Below are positions 25,838 to 40,159 of a stretch of DNA of 64,000 nucleotides, piece after piece. The translations under genes were made by a program, and so were the position numbers. This DNA comes from Camelus dromedarius (Eukaryota). Below the pieces are notes generated by a model, which was not told the origin of the DNA, searched no databases, and was given only the letters and a program-made list of their open reading frames with translations. The DNA is taken from assembly GCF_036321535.1 (NCBI RefSeq), contig NC_087436.1, positions 94,800,001-94,864,000 of the forward strand, in the 5' to 3' direction. The stretch's first letter is position 1, and each line of letters starts with the position of its first letter.

Positions 25838-26159
25838 CTAGTTAGAAGGTAATATCAACAAGGCCTCAAAAATCAATTGGCTGTTGAGACTGAGTTTAGG
25901 AGAGGAAGGGGCCAATGGTGACCCAGAGTTCTGACTGGACAACTGGGTGAAATAGAGAATTCAGAAGATAAAAGAAGATAGTGTTTTAAACACTTTGAAT
26001 TTGAGATATGAGATATCAAATGGGTGGGTAGATGTTTGAGGAAAGATCTTTTGTGAAGGTAATAGATAAGGGCATTATCAGTATAAATAGTTGAATTTCT
26101 GGAAATAAATGGAGATGCATCACACAGGAAGAAGTGAAAAAGTAGTTTTTCTGGGTCTT

Positions 26160-26762
26160 TAAAAACATTTTCATTGTGGTGGAATACACATAACATGAAA
26201 GTTACCATTTTAACTATTTTTAGGCATACAGCGGCATTAAGTACATTCACACTGTTGTGCCATCATCACCATCCACCTTCAGAATTCTTTCATCTTCCCC
26301 AACTGAAACCTTGTATCCATTAAACAATAACTCCCCATTTCTTCCTCCCCTCGGTGCCCGGCAATCACCAGTCTACTTCCTGTGTCTATATGAATTTGAC
26401 TACTCAAGATACCTCATATAAGTAAAATCATACAATACATTTTGTTTTGTGTTTGGCTTATTTCAGTTAGCATTATGTCCTCAAGGTTCATCTGTCTGTA
26501 GCACGTGTCAAAATTTAATTCCTATTTGAAGCTGAATAATACTCCATTGTATCACATGTTTTTAAACCATTCACCATTGATGAACTTTTGGGTTGTTTCT
26601 ATCTTTTGGTTCTTGTGAATAATGCTGCTATGAATATGAGTATATAAACATCTGTTAGAGTCCCTGCTTTTAATTCTTTGGAGTGTATACCCAGAAGTGC
26701 AGCTGCTGGATCATATGGCAATTCTGTGTTTAATTTTTGAGGGATTTCCATACTTTTCCACA
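26160..26762 (-). mobile_element. Old L1 (L1MB-like) 3' end
   Basis: gtgaataatgctgctatgaa...atacccagaagtgcagctgctggatcatatgg: typical antisense L1 ORF2/3'UTR. Confidence 0.85.
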
Positions 26763-29720
26763 GTCTCAATTTTTGCTGTGTATCAGAGTCATCTCTTGAG
26801 TTTTAACAAATACACATGCTCAATCTCCACCCCTGTAGGCTGATTCAGTATACCTGACTAAACATCTGACTTCTGTTTCTTTTTAGAATTCATATTTTAA
26901 AAAATACTAGAAACAAATTATTAAGAGGTGGTTTTAAAAGACTGCAAATAAAATAATATGGAGCCAAAAAGTTGAAGTCCCCTCATTAAAATTTGGAGTG
27001 TACACACACACACATTTTCTGTATTTTTAAAAAACATAAATGTGATCACATGTACACAATGCACAACATGCTTTATTCTCTTAATAATTTATTCTGAAGC
27101 TCTTTCTCTATCAGTACACATAGATCTAGCTCACTGTGTTTCAACAGATGCATACTATTCCACGGCATAGGTACACTTTTATCTTATTTATTTAACTATT
27201 TACATGCTGGTAAGCATTTAAGTTTTTCTATTTCTCATATTGCAAGGAATTCTGCAATTAACAACCCCAAGTCCATAACTTTGCATACGTGAGAGATACA
27301 GGATATTGCTAAAACTGGAATTGGTGGGTTGAAGGGTATGTGCATTTTCTGTGTTTATGGGTATTTCCCAGCTCCCCTTCAGAAAGGCAGTTGATACTTT
27401 TGAGCTCCTATCATTAGTGCATGACAGTCACTTTCCCCAGTGTTGGGCATTATTTGTCGTTCTCTTTTTTGTCAATATAGTAAAGAAAAATGGCATTTCA
27501 TTTTTGCATTCATTTGGATCTCTCTGATTACTAATGTTTTCATGTACTTACTGGTCCTTTGTATTTCCTCTCCTGTGAGTTGCCTTTTCATCTCCTTTGC
27601 TTATGTTTCTATTTTTTCTTTCTCTAAAGAATTAGAGGAGGAAGCTCATTATATATAAAGCTTTAAATCCCTTGTCTGATATATATATATACAGCAAATG
27701 TTTTCTCCTAACAGTTTGTCCTTTAACTCTTTAAAAACAGCTTTATTGAGATATAATCCCCACACTATACAATCCATTCACTGAAAATATACAATTCAAC
27801 TGTTTTTAGTATATTCAGAGTTGTGCAACCATCACCACAATTGGTCTCAGAATATTAATGTATTTACATGTGCAAAAGTTTTTCATTTTTGTGCAAATTA
27901 TTCACTTCCTTTTGGGTTTCTGGGATAGGAAAGTAGTCTCCAGTCTAAAATTATAAAGGTATTCTCCTATATACTATTTTTAGTGTTTTTATCATTTTGT
28001 ATTTTGTGTGTGATCTTCTTAAAATTAATTTTTGTTTTTATTAAGGTATTTACTCCCCTTAGTCCCCTCCCCCACTTTCAACTCTGTAGTTGTTCTTCTA
28101 GAATTTGTATATCTCCACATTTGTACATGCATAGTATTCAGGTACTGTTATCTTTCAATTCCTTTGTTTCAAACTATTGATATCCTTTCATGATAGATAA
28201 AGATTTAGGTTTCTCATATCACCATTTTCTGTTGGTTAAAAAATTACCATTTTGGTTAAGTTGATATTTAGAGTTTACATTATTTTTTATATAAATATTA
28301 TTTATTGCTGAATATTGTAAATGATAGTATACTATGATCATTTTCTCTCTTTGTTTTTCCAGTGGTTTAATAATAATTGCTTTGTTTTTCATTTGCTTGG
28401 CTGTCTTTTGTACCTATTGCTAAGTCCCCACACCTGCCAATAGCAGGTACAAGGCCAATCTCCTCTATTATTAGTTTCAATCTTTTTTTCCTGGAATCCC
28501 CCCTCCCAGAGACCTTTGTTTCTCTCTATCTACTGATGCTCTGGGCCTGCTTCCTTCTGCCTGTTTGTGTTTTTGGGACTTCCCTTTGCTGACATCTTAG
28601 GAATTCCTTTACCTTTTCCTGATTGGATTCCATTATATGAATCTAATTTTTTTAACTTTTCTTGGTTCACTTCCTTCTTGTCATGGAGTGAATGCCCCAG
28701 TAGCTTTGTCCAGAGGGCATGGTGATGACAGCCCTTGCTAGCCTTTCTCCTGAGCGACACTGCTGCAGTCTGGACCACTTCCCTCCACACCTGTTCCACA
28801 GCTGCCACCTGGGGATTCCCCTTCCTTTTTTTCTGTGCTTGATCACCTGTTTTCTTTACCTCCATGCCTTCTTCTTCTTTGTGTACTCCCTCATTCTGGT
28901 AAAACACATTTTCCAGTAGTTTCCTGAAAAAAGCTACAGAGGGAATACATTTTTGGGGAGAGGGCAAATTACATGTGTTTTCCGCCACACGTTTGTTTGG
29001 TTGTTTGGCTGGGTTAAGAGTTCTAGGTTGGGATCTTCTTTTTTTTATTCTTTTGTCTTTCTTCAAAATTTTTTAAAGGCTGTTTTCTTACCAACATTCT
29101 ATTTTGTATATCCAAACAGGAGAAAAGTTCAAGAATATTAAATGATTAACGTGTTTGTGGGCTATACTTGAGTGTGTAAAGCACTATCAATAAAACAACT
29201 TGAAAAAAATTGAGGATCATTTTCAAACAAACTTTTGAAAGGAGACAGAGGTGATGCCTTCTCTGGCAGTAGATAGGTAGGACCATCTCTGGTATCATGA
29301 GTGGCTATACGGTCAGCTCCACATTCCCTGGACTGTCTCTAAATTCACAAGTGTGAGAGGCCATGGCATTGGCAGTGGTAGTGATAGCAGCAACGGAAGC
29401 TGCAGTTTCCAAGTGTGACCTTAAAGCAGAAAGTCTAGTGATGGTGTCTGAAATCATTTCTTCAGCCCCTGCCCCTCCAACATATTAAATGCCAGATTCC
29501 TTGTAAAAAAAAATAACAAAACAATACTCTTTTCTGAGTGAAATACCCAGAGTGATTTCTGTTTCCTACACTGAAGGCCAATAGAGGCAATGTTCCTCTT
29601 TGTGATTATATCTGTAAATAGCCCATCCATAGCTGTTGTATTTTCTGAATTGCTAATTATTTGGAATCTAAATCTGATTTTTGTTCTTTCTGCTGACTCT
29701 TACCATCATGCTGGTGTTTG

Positions 29721-29810
29721 GTCATCTCTGATTGTGAGCAGAGGCTTTGCACTGGTGATGAGGTAGTCATCTCTGATTGTGAGCAGAGGCTTTGCACTGG
29801 TGATGAGGTA
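29721..29810. repeat. Perfect 45-bp tandem duplication
   Basis: GTCATCTCTGATTGTGAGCAGAGGCTTTGCACTGGTGATGAGGTA at 29721-29765 and 29766-29810. Confidence 0.97.
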
Positions 29811-29814
29811 GACT

Positions 29815-30770
29815 ATGCAGATATTTGAGGGAAGAGCCTCCAGGTAGAGAGTGAGTAGTGCGTGAAAAGTCCTTGAAGCAGAAGCATGTCTGGTACCTTC
29901 AAGAAATAATGAAGAGGTCAGTGTGGCTGAGAGTAGTAGGCAGTAGTACAGAGCGGTAATGGGACTAGATAGTGTAGGGGGATGGGGATGAATCTGTCTT
30001 TTACTCTTAGTGAGAAGAGGAGCATTGGAGAGTTTTCAGCAGAGAGTGACATGATTTAACTCATATTGCAAAATAATCAGTCTGGCTGCTGTGTTCAGAA
30101 TGTACTGTAAGGGGGTCAAAAGCAGAGTCAGGGCCATGGGAGAGCTAACTGTGGCTTGACTTGCACGTTACTGGTAGAAGTAGTGAGATTTGTTAGGTTC
30201 TGGTTATTTTTTGGAAGTAGCGCCAACAGAATTTACTGATGGCTTGGATATGAGTGTCTGTTTTGTATGTCTCTGCATGTGTGTGCGTGAGAGAGAGAGA
30301 GAGAGAGAGGGAGGGACAGGGAGTGGGAGAGGGAGAGAGAAAAAGTCAAGAATTACTTCAAAATTTTTGACCTGAGCAAATGGAAGGATAGAAGTGCTAT
30401 TAACTGAGATGCAAGTTTCTGAGGGAAGATGAAGAGTTTAGTACTGGACTTATTAACTTTGATGTATCTATTAGACAGCCAAGGGGAGATATGAAGTTGA
30501 AAATGGATTTGTAAGTCTGAAATTTATAGGAAAATTATCAGTTGATGGAAATTTGGAAGTGTCAGTGTTCATACAGTATGTAAGGCTATGAGACTGGATG
30601 AAATCACCAGGCATTGTGTATAGAAACAAGCCGTGGGGCAATCAAACACTAAATGGAGTGACAGAACCCAAGTCCGAGGAGTGGCTACTGAAGAAGGAAG
30701 AAAACCTGGAGACTACAGATGCCCTTGAAGCCAAGTGCAGAAAGTGCTTCATCAAGAAACACTTCTCATG
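29815..30770. mobile_element. L2 LINE relic containing a (GA)n tract
   Basis: gagagttttcagcagagagtgacatgatt...ctggctgctgtgttcagaat...tgacctgagcaaatggaaggatagaagtgctattaactgagatg. Boundaries approximate. Confidence 0.7.
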
Positions 30771-33700
30771 AAGAAGAGCTTTGTTGAAATCATAAAGACT
30801 TATGTTCCAAATTATTAATAATTTATGAATTACACCTTCACTTTTTTAAAACAAAGAATCCTTAAAAATGTTACTAAGATTCATAGCCATGTTATACATT
30901 ATTTGGGCATAAATATAAATTTTCTGATTTCTTTGCTCATGACTATTTCTTTCATTCCACGTTTTCAACCACGTCTAAAAGCCATCTCAGACTTAACACA
31001 TCCAAAAACCAAATTCTTGTTTCCTGTCTCTGATCCTGTTTGTTCAACCCCATAGCCATCCACCTTGGGGTCATCTTTTTCTTTTAACTTAAAATAAATT
31101 ATACTATAGAAAAGTTGCAAAGCGATACAGAGAGTTCACACACATTCTTCACTCAGTTTTGCTTCATGTTAACTTACATGATCATTTGCAATGGTCAAAA
31201 CCAGAATATTATGCTATGCTACTACTTAATAAGGTATGGATTTTACCTTACTTCCTTCTAATGTCTTTTGTGTCGAGGATCCCACATTACATTTAGTTAC
31301 TGTGTGTTTTTAGTCCTCGCCAATCTGTGATAGTTCCTCCATCTTTCCTTACTTTGACACTGTTGCTTAATCTTGGTCAGTTAATTTGTAGAATATTTCT
31401 CAATTTTGGTCTGTCTGATGTTTTTTAATGATCAGATTTAGATTATGCATACATGGTAGAGAAAGAGAAAAGAGGTAGTATTCAATTATAATGTGTTTCC
31501 ACATACAGAAATGTTAAGTTTTACAAATCATACTCTTAAACTATAACAAATATTTTCTGAAAAATGTCTAGAGAAGCCTAGGCATTAGCGATATGCTGTA
31601 TTTACTTTACCAATTACAGTGCTTCTCACTATCCCAGAGCTAATGATAATATTTATATAAAGGCATCAAACTAGGTATAACATTTTAAAATATAGAGTCC
31701 AAAGCACTTGACTTTGCCTTAAAGCAAGGTTAGACCTTCCTATATGAACTAGCAGTTTAAAGATATGTTAAAAAGCATTGCTTATTTTCTTTTTATGGCA
31801 ATGAATCAGACTTCACTTGAATAAGATTTTGCTGTATATTTTATGAAAAATATGAATTTATTGGAATTCCTTTTTCATGCATCTTTTCTATTCTGACTTG
31901 TGTTCATTTAAAAGTTTTTTTTTACCTCTAATATACACAACCTTCTAAAAACAGTGATTATATTCAGTTTTATTTAAGTTGCATGTGAAGAAAGATGACC
32001 TGTAAGATTTCCATGGAAGTTCAAAAATATTTTCATTTCAAATGTTATTGAAATATGAACTAAAATTTTGGGTGTTATCTTATTATAGAAACTCAGATTC
32101 TCAAGAGTCTTAAAGGTATATAATATCCAGGTATGTGGTCCTTCCTTACTACAGCAACAGTTCTCAGATAGCTGATGGCAGTTTCTTTTATTTGCTATGT
32201 CTCATTATTTCTGTGAAACAATAACAGTTCTAGAATTACTTTGATTTGTAGGACTTGGAGAAGGAAAGATTATCCTAATCATAAAATCTACTATCACCAC
32301 AAAATGCTATTGGCATTCCTGTTGCTCTGTCTATAAATACCTTTAAAGTTGTCGATGAATATTTCAGGGAATTAATCTGCAATTTAAAATACATTATATA
32401 TATTTATATATGTGTGTGTGTGTGTATGTATATATAATCAAATGTGTATGTCAATAGTAAAGTTACAAACTTTTTGTTAAATTTACAATTTAAATGTAAA
32501 TGTTTCTTCTAATCTAAGTGAAGATACTGCTTTATTAATGAAACAAACTTTTTTGTATTTATAGGATATCATCAGGCAAGTTTATAAAAATTTAATTACT
32601 CATGCATAATCATATTAAGAAGATTAACTGGATATCATCAGATAATTAAGATAAATGACATAGTACCTAATTTCCTAAGTTAGAACATGTGCACTTTAAT
32701 GCTGACAGATTATGACCTAATGTTATGTTCATAAATGGATTACAATATCAGTATCACTGTTCTGGATCTCTGCAGGCATCACAAACACAGAAAAAGACAA
32801 GCTGCCTAATGGGCTGTTTTCTATAAGGAAAATGTTCCAATAAATTCTGACAAAGCAGGACATGCTAATATTTGTCCAGAGGGCAGAAAGTCACATTTGT
32901 TGTTGCACAGTGAAAATTCGATTGATTTCTGTTAACTTACAAAAGTCTGTGGGAAAGACAATGTAACTATTGTGGTTCTGAAAAGCATTTCAAACTGACT
33001 CCATTTGTAAAGAGTTCTTCCTATCACACAGATAAGTTAAGTAAGGCACAGGTATTAACACTGAGAATTTATATTGTCCTTTGCAATTGTTTTCTACTTA
33101 CACATGGCACTAGTTAGTTAGATTATAAAGGATGACCAAAATTCAAGTCATGCACTTTCTAACTAACACAGGGCTTTTAGTCAGTTTCAGGAGGGCAACA
33201 ATTTAACTCTGTATATGTTATGGAAAGAGAGCCAATTATTATTCACATAATCCAATTATTCACAAATTTAGAAACATACTACTAGACACATTCATGTCAA
33301 TATTAATAAGTTTTGGGAGAAAGAGTTCTTCATGGAACGTCAGCAGTTCTTCTGCCAGTGGTATATCCTTAAGTGGGGGAGGGAAAGAGAGCCCTAACTT
33401 TCACAAAATTGGCTTTGCTGACAAAGTTTTCCCTGAAGTCCTTTCTTTTAAGGATTAAGACAAGGCCAGTGAGCATTAGGTGATCAGATCCAATATATAA
33501 TGTATTTCTTAAAATGTGTCTTCTCTGTGATAGGTCTCAAACTATTACTAAAAGAAAAAATATTTTACAAAATATTTTAGACTTTTAATAGACACTCTTA
33601 ATTCTGGAGACTGCAGTGCTTATCCAATTGCTGTATTATCTGTTACCAATGTTACTCTACAAATGAAGCATTAGTCTTATTTACTCATCAGCTGGTTTCA

Positions 33701-34629
33701 GAAACATTTATACTAAGAAGACCTGAATTAAAGAAAGCAGACTAAAGAAAACATGAGGAAATAGTTTTGATGAAAATACTTTTAAGAAAACACGCGAGGA
33801 ATCTTTGTTAGCTAATGTTTTACATCACTGATAAATGACTTTTCTTTGCCTCTCTAAAAAACTATCTACACAGCCCTCATTTGTTCTATTCTTTCTTCAT
33901 GTATCCTCAGTCTCTGGGAGATGCATCACTGCAGTCTTTCAGTTAATATTGAGACATGGGAGTAGTTATGACCTTTTATCATCTTATTCTTATGGTCAAA
34001 GAAAGGCCACATAGAGATGGTAGGTGTACACAGGCTGGTCTTTTGCCTCGAAGAAATTCCAACTAGACACTGTTATGGAAAAGTGCCCAGGAAGGGTTAA
34101 AGTCCGATGTAGTTATTATGTAGAAACAAACTTAACAGGAGACTGCTGCTCTGCTATAGACAAAATTGAAAAAAATCACATTTGGCAATCTCCTAGCACT
34201 CTTCAGATTTCTCTGCCATGGAAAACAAATGAGTATCATATTTTCCCATAGAATACATAGTAATTTTTTTTTCTTTTTGGTCATAAAATACAAAGTGTAA
34301 AAATGATGGGATCATAGTCTTTTGGCTTAAAATCTTATAAACCCTTTCTTTATAGCACTTACCCTTATTTGAAGGTATAGCATTTATTTTTGTCTACTGA
34401 CTTGTTTTTCTCTTTTCTTCAAAAATATAAACTTCAGGGAAGCTGGGGCTGTCTGTCTTGTTTACTATTGGTTCCCAGCATGCACATAAAAAGGTGCCAA
34501 CACAGAGCAGATGCTCAATAAATATTTGTTGAATGATGCATCAGTGAAAATCACCACAGCAGAGAAAATAAGCATGAATATTCTGTTCATGCCTATTTTT
34601 TGGTTACCCTTTGGGTTCTTTAAAACATT

Positions 34630-35075
34630 TCTGCTCTGGTTATCTATCACTTTACAACAGAATGTCCCCAAACTTAATACCTTAAAAGAACAATCATTTT
34701 ATTATCCTCAAACTACTGTGAGTCAGAGAATTTAGGCAAGCCTTGAGTAGGTGATTTTTCTGCTCTATGTAGTGTTGACTTGGGTCACTTAGTGGACTTC
34801 CACTAGCAGCTGGTATCCTGGGTCCAAGATGGTTTCACTTACAAGCCCGGTACCTGGTGGAGATGGCTGTAAACCTGGGCTTGACTGGTGCCTTCTCCTG
34901 CTTTACAGGGTGGCTCAGGTTCCCAGAGAGCAAGGTGGGAGCTGCTAGTCCTCTGAAAGCTTGGATTTGGAACTGTCATAGCATTATTCCCACCATATTC
35001 TTTGGTCAAATCAGTTACAGGTCATCTCACGTTGGAGGAGGAGTATGAAAGCATATACAGCCATTTTTAATCTGG
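34630..35075 (-). mobile_element. Old MaLR (MLT1-type) LTR relic
   Basis: ccccaaacttaataccttaaaagaacaatcatttt...ctgtgagtcagagaatttagg...ggtccaagatggtttcact. Confidence 0.6.
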
Positions 35076-35896
35076 TACTTTTCTGAGATAGAATATTTCC
35101 AAGTAAATGTTCCTAAACAATCCAACAAATTCAGTTCAGTATCTTTCCGAAAGTTACAGTCTTCTGACTTAGGTCTCACCTAAATTCAAGGAAGCCTTTA
35201 AAATACTGAAGAAGAAATGCAAAAATTTAAAGTAGTATAATGTAAAAGATATGTAAAATTTTTAAAATATATCTTATTCACTTATTCATAACACAATGAA
35301 CACTGTAAATTGGTTTAGGTTCTCTGAAGTTATAGGTAAAAAGTTACATGATGTGTTTGCTATGTACATTTTTCTGGAGAGTAGGTTCATAGTTTTTGTT
35401 TTTATTTATTTAAAAATTATTTTATTTAATTTTTTTGGTTCATAGTTTTTATTGATTTCTCAAAGGATCTGATGAATCCCCTCCTCCCCAATCAAATATT
35501 TCCCTAAGCAAAATTATGGAGTAGGTAAGTTTGTTTTTTGAACTATCTCCCTTGATAATACCTAGCCTTGTGTAATAATAATAACAGCTGACTTAAAAAA
35601 AATATTACTACTGCTTATATGCCAGGAACAATTTCACAATAACCCTATGAAGAACATAATACTATTATCTTTATTTTACAGATGAGGAAACTGAGCCATA
35701 GTAACTTCCCCATGGTCACATAATTAGTGTGGTGGGGCTAGGAACCCAAGCACACTGGCTTCAGAGTGTCCCATTAAATGAGGCCCTGTTCATTAGTTCC
35801 AGTTTACGGCTTTGTAAATTGGAGATAATAATAGTTGCCAGTATCAATGTAGGTATTAGATGAGTTAAACTGGGATAGTCCATAGCTGCATGTCTG

Positions 35897-36078
35897 TAAA
35901 GTAGATAAACAAGTTTATACTGTATAGCACAGGGAAACATACTCAATATCTTGTCGTAGCTTATAGTGAAAAAGAATATGAAAATAAATATATGTATATT
36001 CATATATGACTGAAGCATTGTGCTGTACACCAGAAATTGACACAACATTGTAAACTGACTATACATCAAAAAAAAAAA
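35897..36078 (+). mobile_element. 5'-truncated young L1 tail inserted into a MIR
   Basis: Same L1 tail family as 7177-7462, with an intact poly(A). 15-bp TSD ATAGCTGCATGTCTG at 35882-35896 and 36079-36093. Confidence 0.9.
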
Positions 36079-36879
36079 ATAGCTGCATGTCTGGAACATA
36101 TTACAGTGGCCATTTAATAAATATGAGTTCTCCATGCTTAGCCTCTGCTTTACCCCAGAAGGCTTTACTATCTTTCATTGTAAAGAGATGGGTGTGATAA
36201 AATGCAAGAGGGAACAAGGGGTGGGTGGGTGGACGGACAAGGATTTAAAAGTCTGGGGCCAAAGCTGGAGGGAGATATTGCTCTCCCCACTAAACTCCTA
36301 AAGGTCTCACGTTTTTCTCTTAAAATTGTATGTAAATGTCACTTTCTATTCCACAGTTCAATTGGTTATCTATTAATATAAAACCTTTTTACTCCAAAGC
36401 CTTCGGGATCATTGTTCTTCTATAGACATACTTTGTCATCCCTTGGCTTCACTCACACAGACACACAGACACACCCCTTTGAGGGACTTAGAGCAGGTTT
36501 AATAATTTGTAGGCCTAGATTCCCAGCCTAGGCCCCTTAGCTTGTTTGGGCCTATTTTCATTTATAAAATGGAGTGGGTGGTAATGACTAGATGATTTTA
36601 CCTAAGTCTTTTTTGTTCTGGAAGTATACAGCATAAAATTGTCCTTTAGCCAGACAGTTTTCAAACTGCGGATCTCCACTTGAAAGTGGACGAAAAAAAC
36701 AACTTGGTAGGGCAAACATTTAAGAAAAAAAAAATCAGGGTAAATACTGTTTGATGAAATTCTTGTTCAGAATAGATACTGAGATGTAATATGTGAAACA
36801 TAATACACCTAAAATGTGTCTTACTGCGGCTGGTAATAGAAACATTTTAAAGTTACTAAGTAGGGCAATGCACCCCTCA

Positions 36880-37450
36880 AACGTGTATCCGGGAGGAACC
36901 GAGGAAGCCAATCTCGGAAGCTCCCCACTCCAGCGCCCCCGCCAAAAGCAGAAGGCAAAAAATCTGGGCGCGGGCCTGGGTCCCGCCGCTCCTCGAGAGG
37001 ACAGCGGCCCGCCGGCCTCAGGGGCGGCACCTGGGCCCACGTCGCTTCTCCCGCCTCCCGCCCCGGCCGAGAGGAAGCTGTGCGCTTCCTGACGTCATCA
37101 CCGGGCGCCGCTGCCTCGACCTCCTTCTACTTCGCGGGAGAAGTTGTTGGCGCGAAGGGACCGTGATCCCCGGTAACGGATTCGCCTGCCGGCCGGCCTG
37201 TCCGCCGCGCCTTCGTCCGTGGGCTGCCATGGTGAGCCCCCGGGGGAGGCCGTGCGCCTCAGGGGCTGGGGAGAGTTTGCAGGCTGGGTGTGGACCGGGC
37301 ACGCCTGGTATGGAGGGTCGGGGAGGACCGCGATGCGTGGCTCCGGAGGGGAGCGAAGGCAGGGAAGGGGCACTGGTCGCACAGCTTTCCGTGGGGCTTC
37401 AGCTCTCGGCCGCAGCCAGCGCGCAGGGCTCTTGGTGCTGTGCGGCAGTT
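36880..37450 (+). promoter_or_regulatory. RFC1: CpG island promoter of RFC1 with CRE, ETS and E2F motifs
   Basis: Only strongly GC/CpG-rich segment of the window. Palindromic TGACGTCA at 37090-37097 abuts CTTCC (ETS core). E2F-like TTCGCGGGAGAA at 37131-37142 and TTGGCGCGAA at 37147-37156 fit a replication gene. Confidence 0.85.
37229..37231 (+). CDS. RFC1: RFC1 exon 1 coding part (initiator ATG only)
   Basis: GCTGCCATG|gtgagc: strong Kozak context followed directly by a donor site. Joining to exon 2 gives MDIRKFF. Confidence 0.9.
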
Positions 37451-40159
37451 TCACTTTTTTTTCACTCTTGGGGGGAAGGGAGAAAGGAAGGGAGTAATGT
37501 TAGGTGATTATTTGGGCTTAGCTGTAAAGTTGTTTTTCCTGTTCAGCGTTGCCTGGAACCTCAGTTTGAGTCCTGCCTAGAGCGTTGATTTCAAGTTTTG
37601 GGTCATGAAGGAGAAAAATGTAACAAACTTCTTTTCTAATAGATAAGTTGCCTCAGGCCTTCAACTTTCGTCATTAACAGCTCTGCGAAACGCTCATCAT
37701 AGGGTCATTTTGAGATTGACGGCAAGGAGAGGGTGTTCTAGTTTGTTTAGATGAGTTCATGGAAATCAAAGAGAGAACATGGTTTACAAGGAGGGGAAAA
37801 CAGCTAGTAGAAACAGCTGAAATACATCTGACAGCTGCCATCGCTTACCACCTGATGTTAAATAATCTTAAAAAAAAACCCTCATAGTATAATTTTGCAT
37901 AAAGCATTTAAATAGAGAGCGAAATAGTTTTGCAGCCGTCAAAACATACTGGAATGTCAATAGGTGCAAGTATGTGTTTGAAATAATTTGAAGGACAACT
38001 TATGATGGTCTGTTAAGCCAGAACCTATTTAATAATCAGACATAATTATTTTTCAATCACTGTTTAGCTCATTTGTCATAATTCCAACATGCTGGGAGTG
38101 GGGTGGGGTGTGTGGAATTTTATGCCACATTAGGAAACCTTACAGCCTTTATATTTTTACTCAACGAAGGATGAAATAATGATAATAGCCACCTTGTAAC
38201 AAGTATCTTCTTCAGGTCAGTGTGTGAGCTGTTTGTTTTACATACCTTTAAATATGATAACGTTAAACCTCACAGCAGTCCATTTTTACAGATGGTAAAG
38301 GAGGCTTTTCAAGTTTAAACAATTTGTGACATAACTAATAAATAGTTGAACTACAATTAGAGCCTAGATTCTTCTGACCACTACATTATACCACTTCTCT
38401 AAAATGGTCATAATTACATTTTAGACTTCAGGTATTGTGGAAAGTTGATGAGATTTGGAGTCTTGAAGATGAAAGTGAGGTGATGTTTTGGTCTTGCTCT
38501 GCCATTTAATGGTTAAGTGGTTTTCAACAAATAAATAGCTTTACTTTAACCTCTTAAATCCTGTTTCATACCTGTAAAAGGGGGGAAGATAAAGTTGCCT
38601 TAAGTGATTGTCTTGAGGATTAAATAACGTAGAGCTTCTATTTTGGTGTCTGGCTTGTGGTAGGCAATATACAACTACATGACTAATGATCTAATTTTCT
38701 CAGGAAGGACCCTGTGGAACATTACAGAGAGTTTAAGGGACCACTGATGTTGTCAGTTTGGTGAACAACAGCTTGTATAGTCAACTTTTGATCATTCAGT
38801 TACTTTAAATAATTGTTCTTTTCTTTCTTAGTATTCTTGTTCATGGTGCAGATGAAAAATAAAGCCCGTTTCAGAAAAGGGAGTCAGATGGATCACTTTT
38901 GCTGTTTGTAAAGGGAAAAAGTTCTATAAAATACGTAAGAGTTTTGGATTGTATTGGTGTTTAATTTAGTCCTTCTGTCTCTAGTACACAAATTAGCAGA
39001 ACCCTAGACCAAAATTCTATTCAGCATATGTTTATTGAACACCTGTGCACAAGTTATATTGTACAGTAGTTCTTAACTTTTGTTTGGATCACAGCTCCAT
39101 TTGATAATGTGGTGAATGGAGTGCAAGTTTTCTGCCCACAGAAATACATATAGACACATACACACTATTTTAGGGGATTTACATATCTTATGCAGCCCTT
39201 CTTTGGATGCAAGGTTAGCAGCTCTTGCCCTGGGAGCTGCATCTTTTTCTCAAGTCGTTTCTAATTAAAGTTAGCAGTACAGGAGTATAATACTGTACCC
39301 ACAAAATAGAATACTATGCAGCCATAAAAGAGAACACTTTATGTCCTAATGTGAAACAATTGCCAAGATAATTAAGTGAAAAAAGAAAGTGCAGGACAAT
39401 ACGTAAAATATGCTACCACTTTATGTAGAAAAAGAGAAAAGAATGTATATGTATTTGCTTGAAGATGTGAAGGATACGCAAGGAACTAACTGATAACATT
39501 TGTTGCCTCCAAAGATGGGAAGTGTGTGTCTAAGGGCAGGGTGGGAGGGAGACATTTTACCTCTTTGAATTTTTGAACCATGTGAATATAATGCCTATTA
39601 AAAAAGGAATTGAATTGAAATTAAAATAAATAGAATAAAAAAGTAGCTGTGTAAATGATTTGGATTGCTGTGAGGATTTAATTATTTGTTCAAAATGTGT
39701 ATGAAATCTGAGAGATGCCATGTTTTAGAAGTCAGCATATGTAATTCATTGACTGGCATAATTGTTTATTGAAAATGTGCACAAAGTTGAATCAAACATG
39801 CATGAGACTTAAGGGACAGCCTTTTTGAAGAACTGTCAAGAAAGCCTGGCTACATCTAAGCTGCTTGGTTGCCCCATTCTGGGGGATACCTTTCACATTG
39901 TAGTTTATTATGTGAATGCTCCCTCAGAGTAGTGTAGTCACCCTTTTATAATGTAATTTTTGCCATAGGTACTAGTACTTGGCCTCTAAGGCCCCTCCCT
40001 ACCTTTCTGATCTCATCTGTCTGTCCTTTGAGTGTGTTAAGCCAGTTCTGTCCCAACTTGTATACTTGCTATTTTCTCTTCTTGGAATACTCTTCTTCCT
40101 CTTGAAATTCTTTGCCTTTTTGTCATCATTTAAGTCTCACATCATCACTTCCTCAGAGC

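Noticed and set aside
28530..29066. 178-aa lysine-rich ORF
   Set aside because: No recognisable homology. It lies in T-rich, decayed LINE-like sequence where long open frames on the A-rich strand occur by chance.
29721..29810. Direct repeat as a CRISPR array
   Set aside because: Two abutting copies with no spacer, no cas genes, and a mammalian context.
19700..37228. Shared bidirectional promoter for KLB and RFC1
   Set aside because: The genes are divergent but about 17.5 kb apart, with repeat-filled DNA between them and separate promoter types.
36735..37580. Several overlapping 69-118 aa ORFs on both strands
   Set aside because: Expected stop-codon depletion in a CpG island. Low-complexity P/R/G/A content and no recognisable domain.
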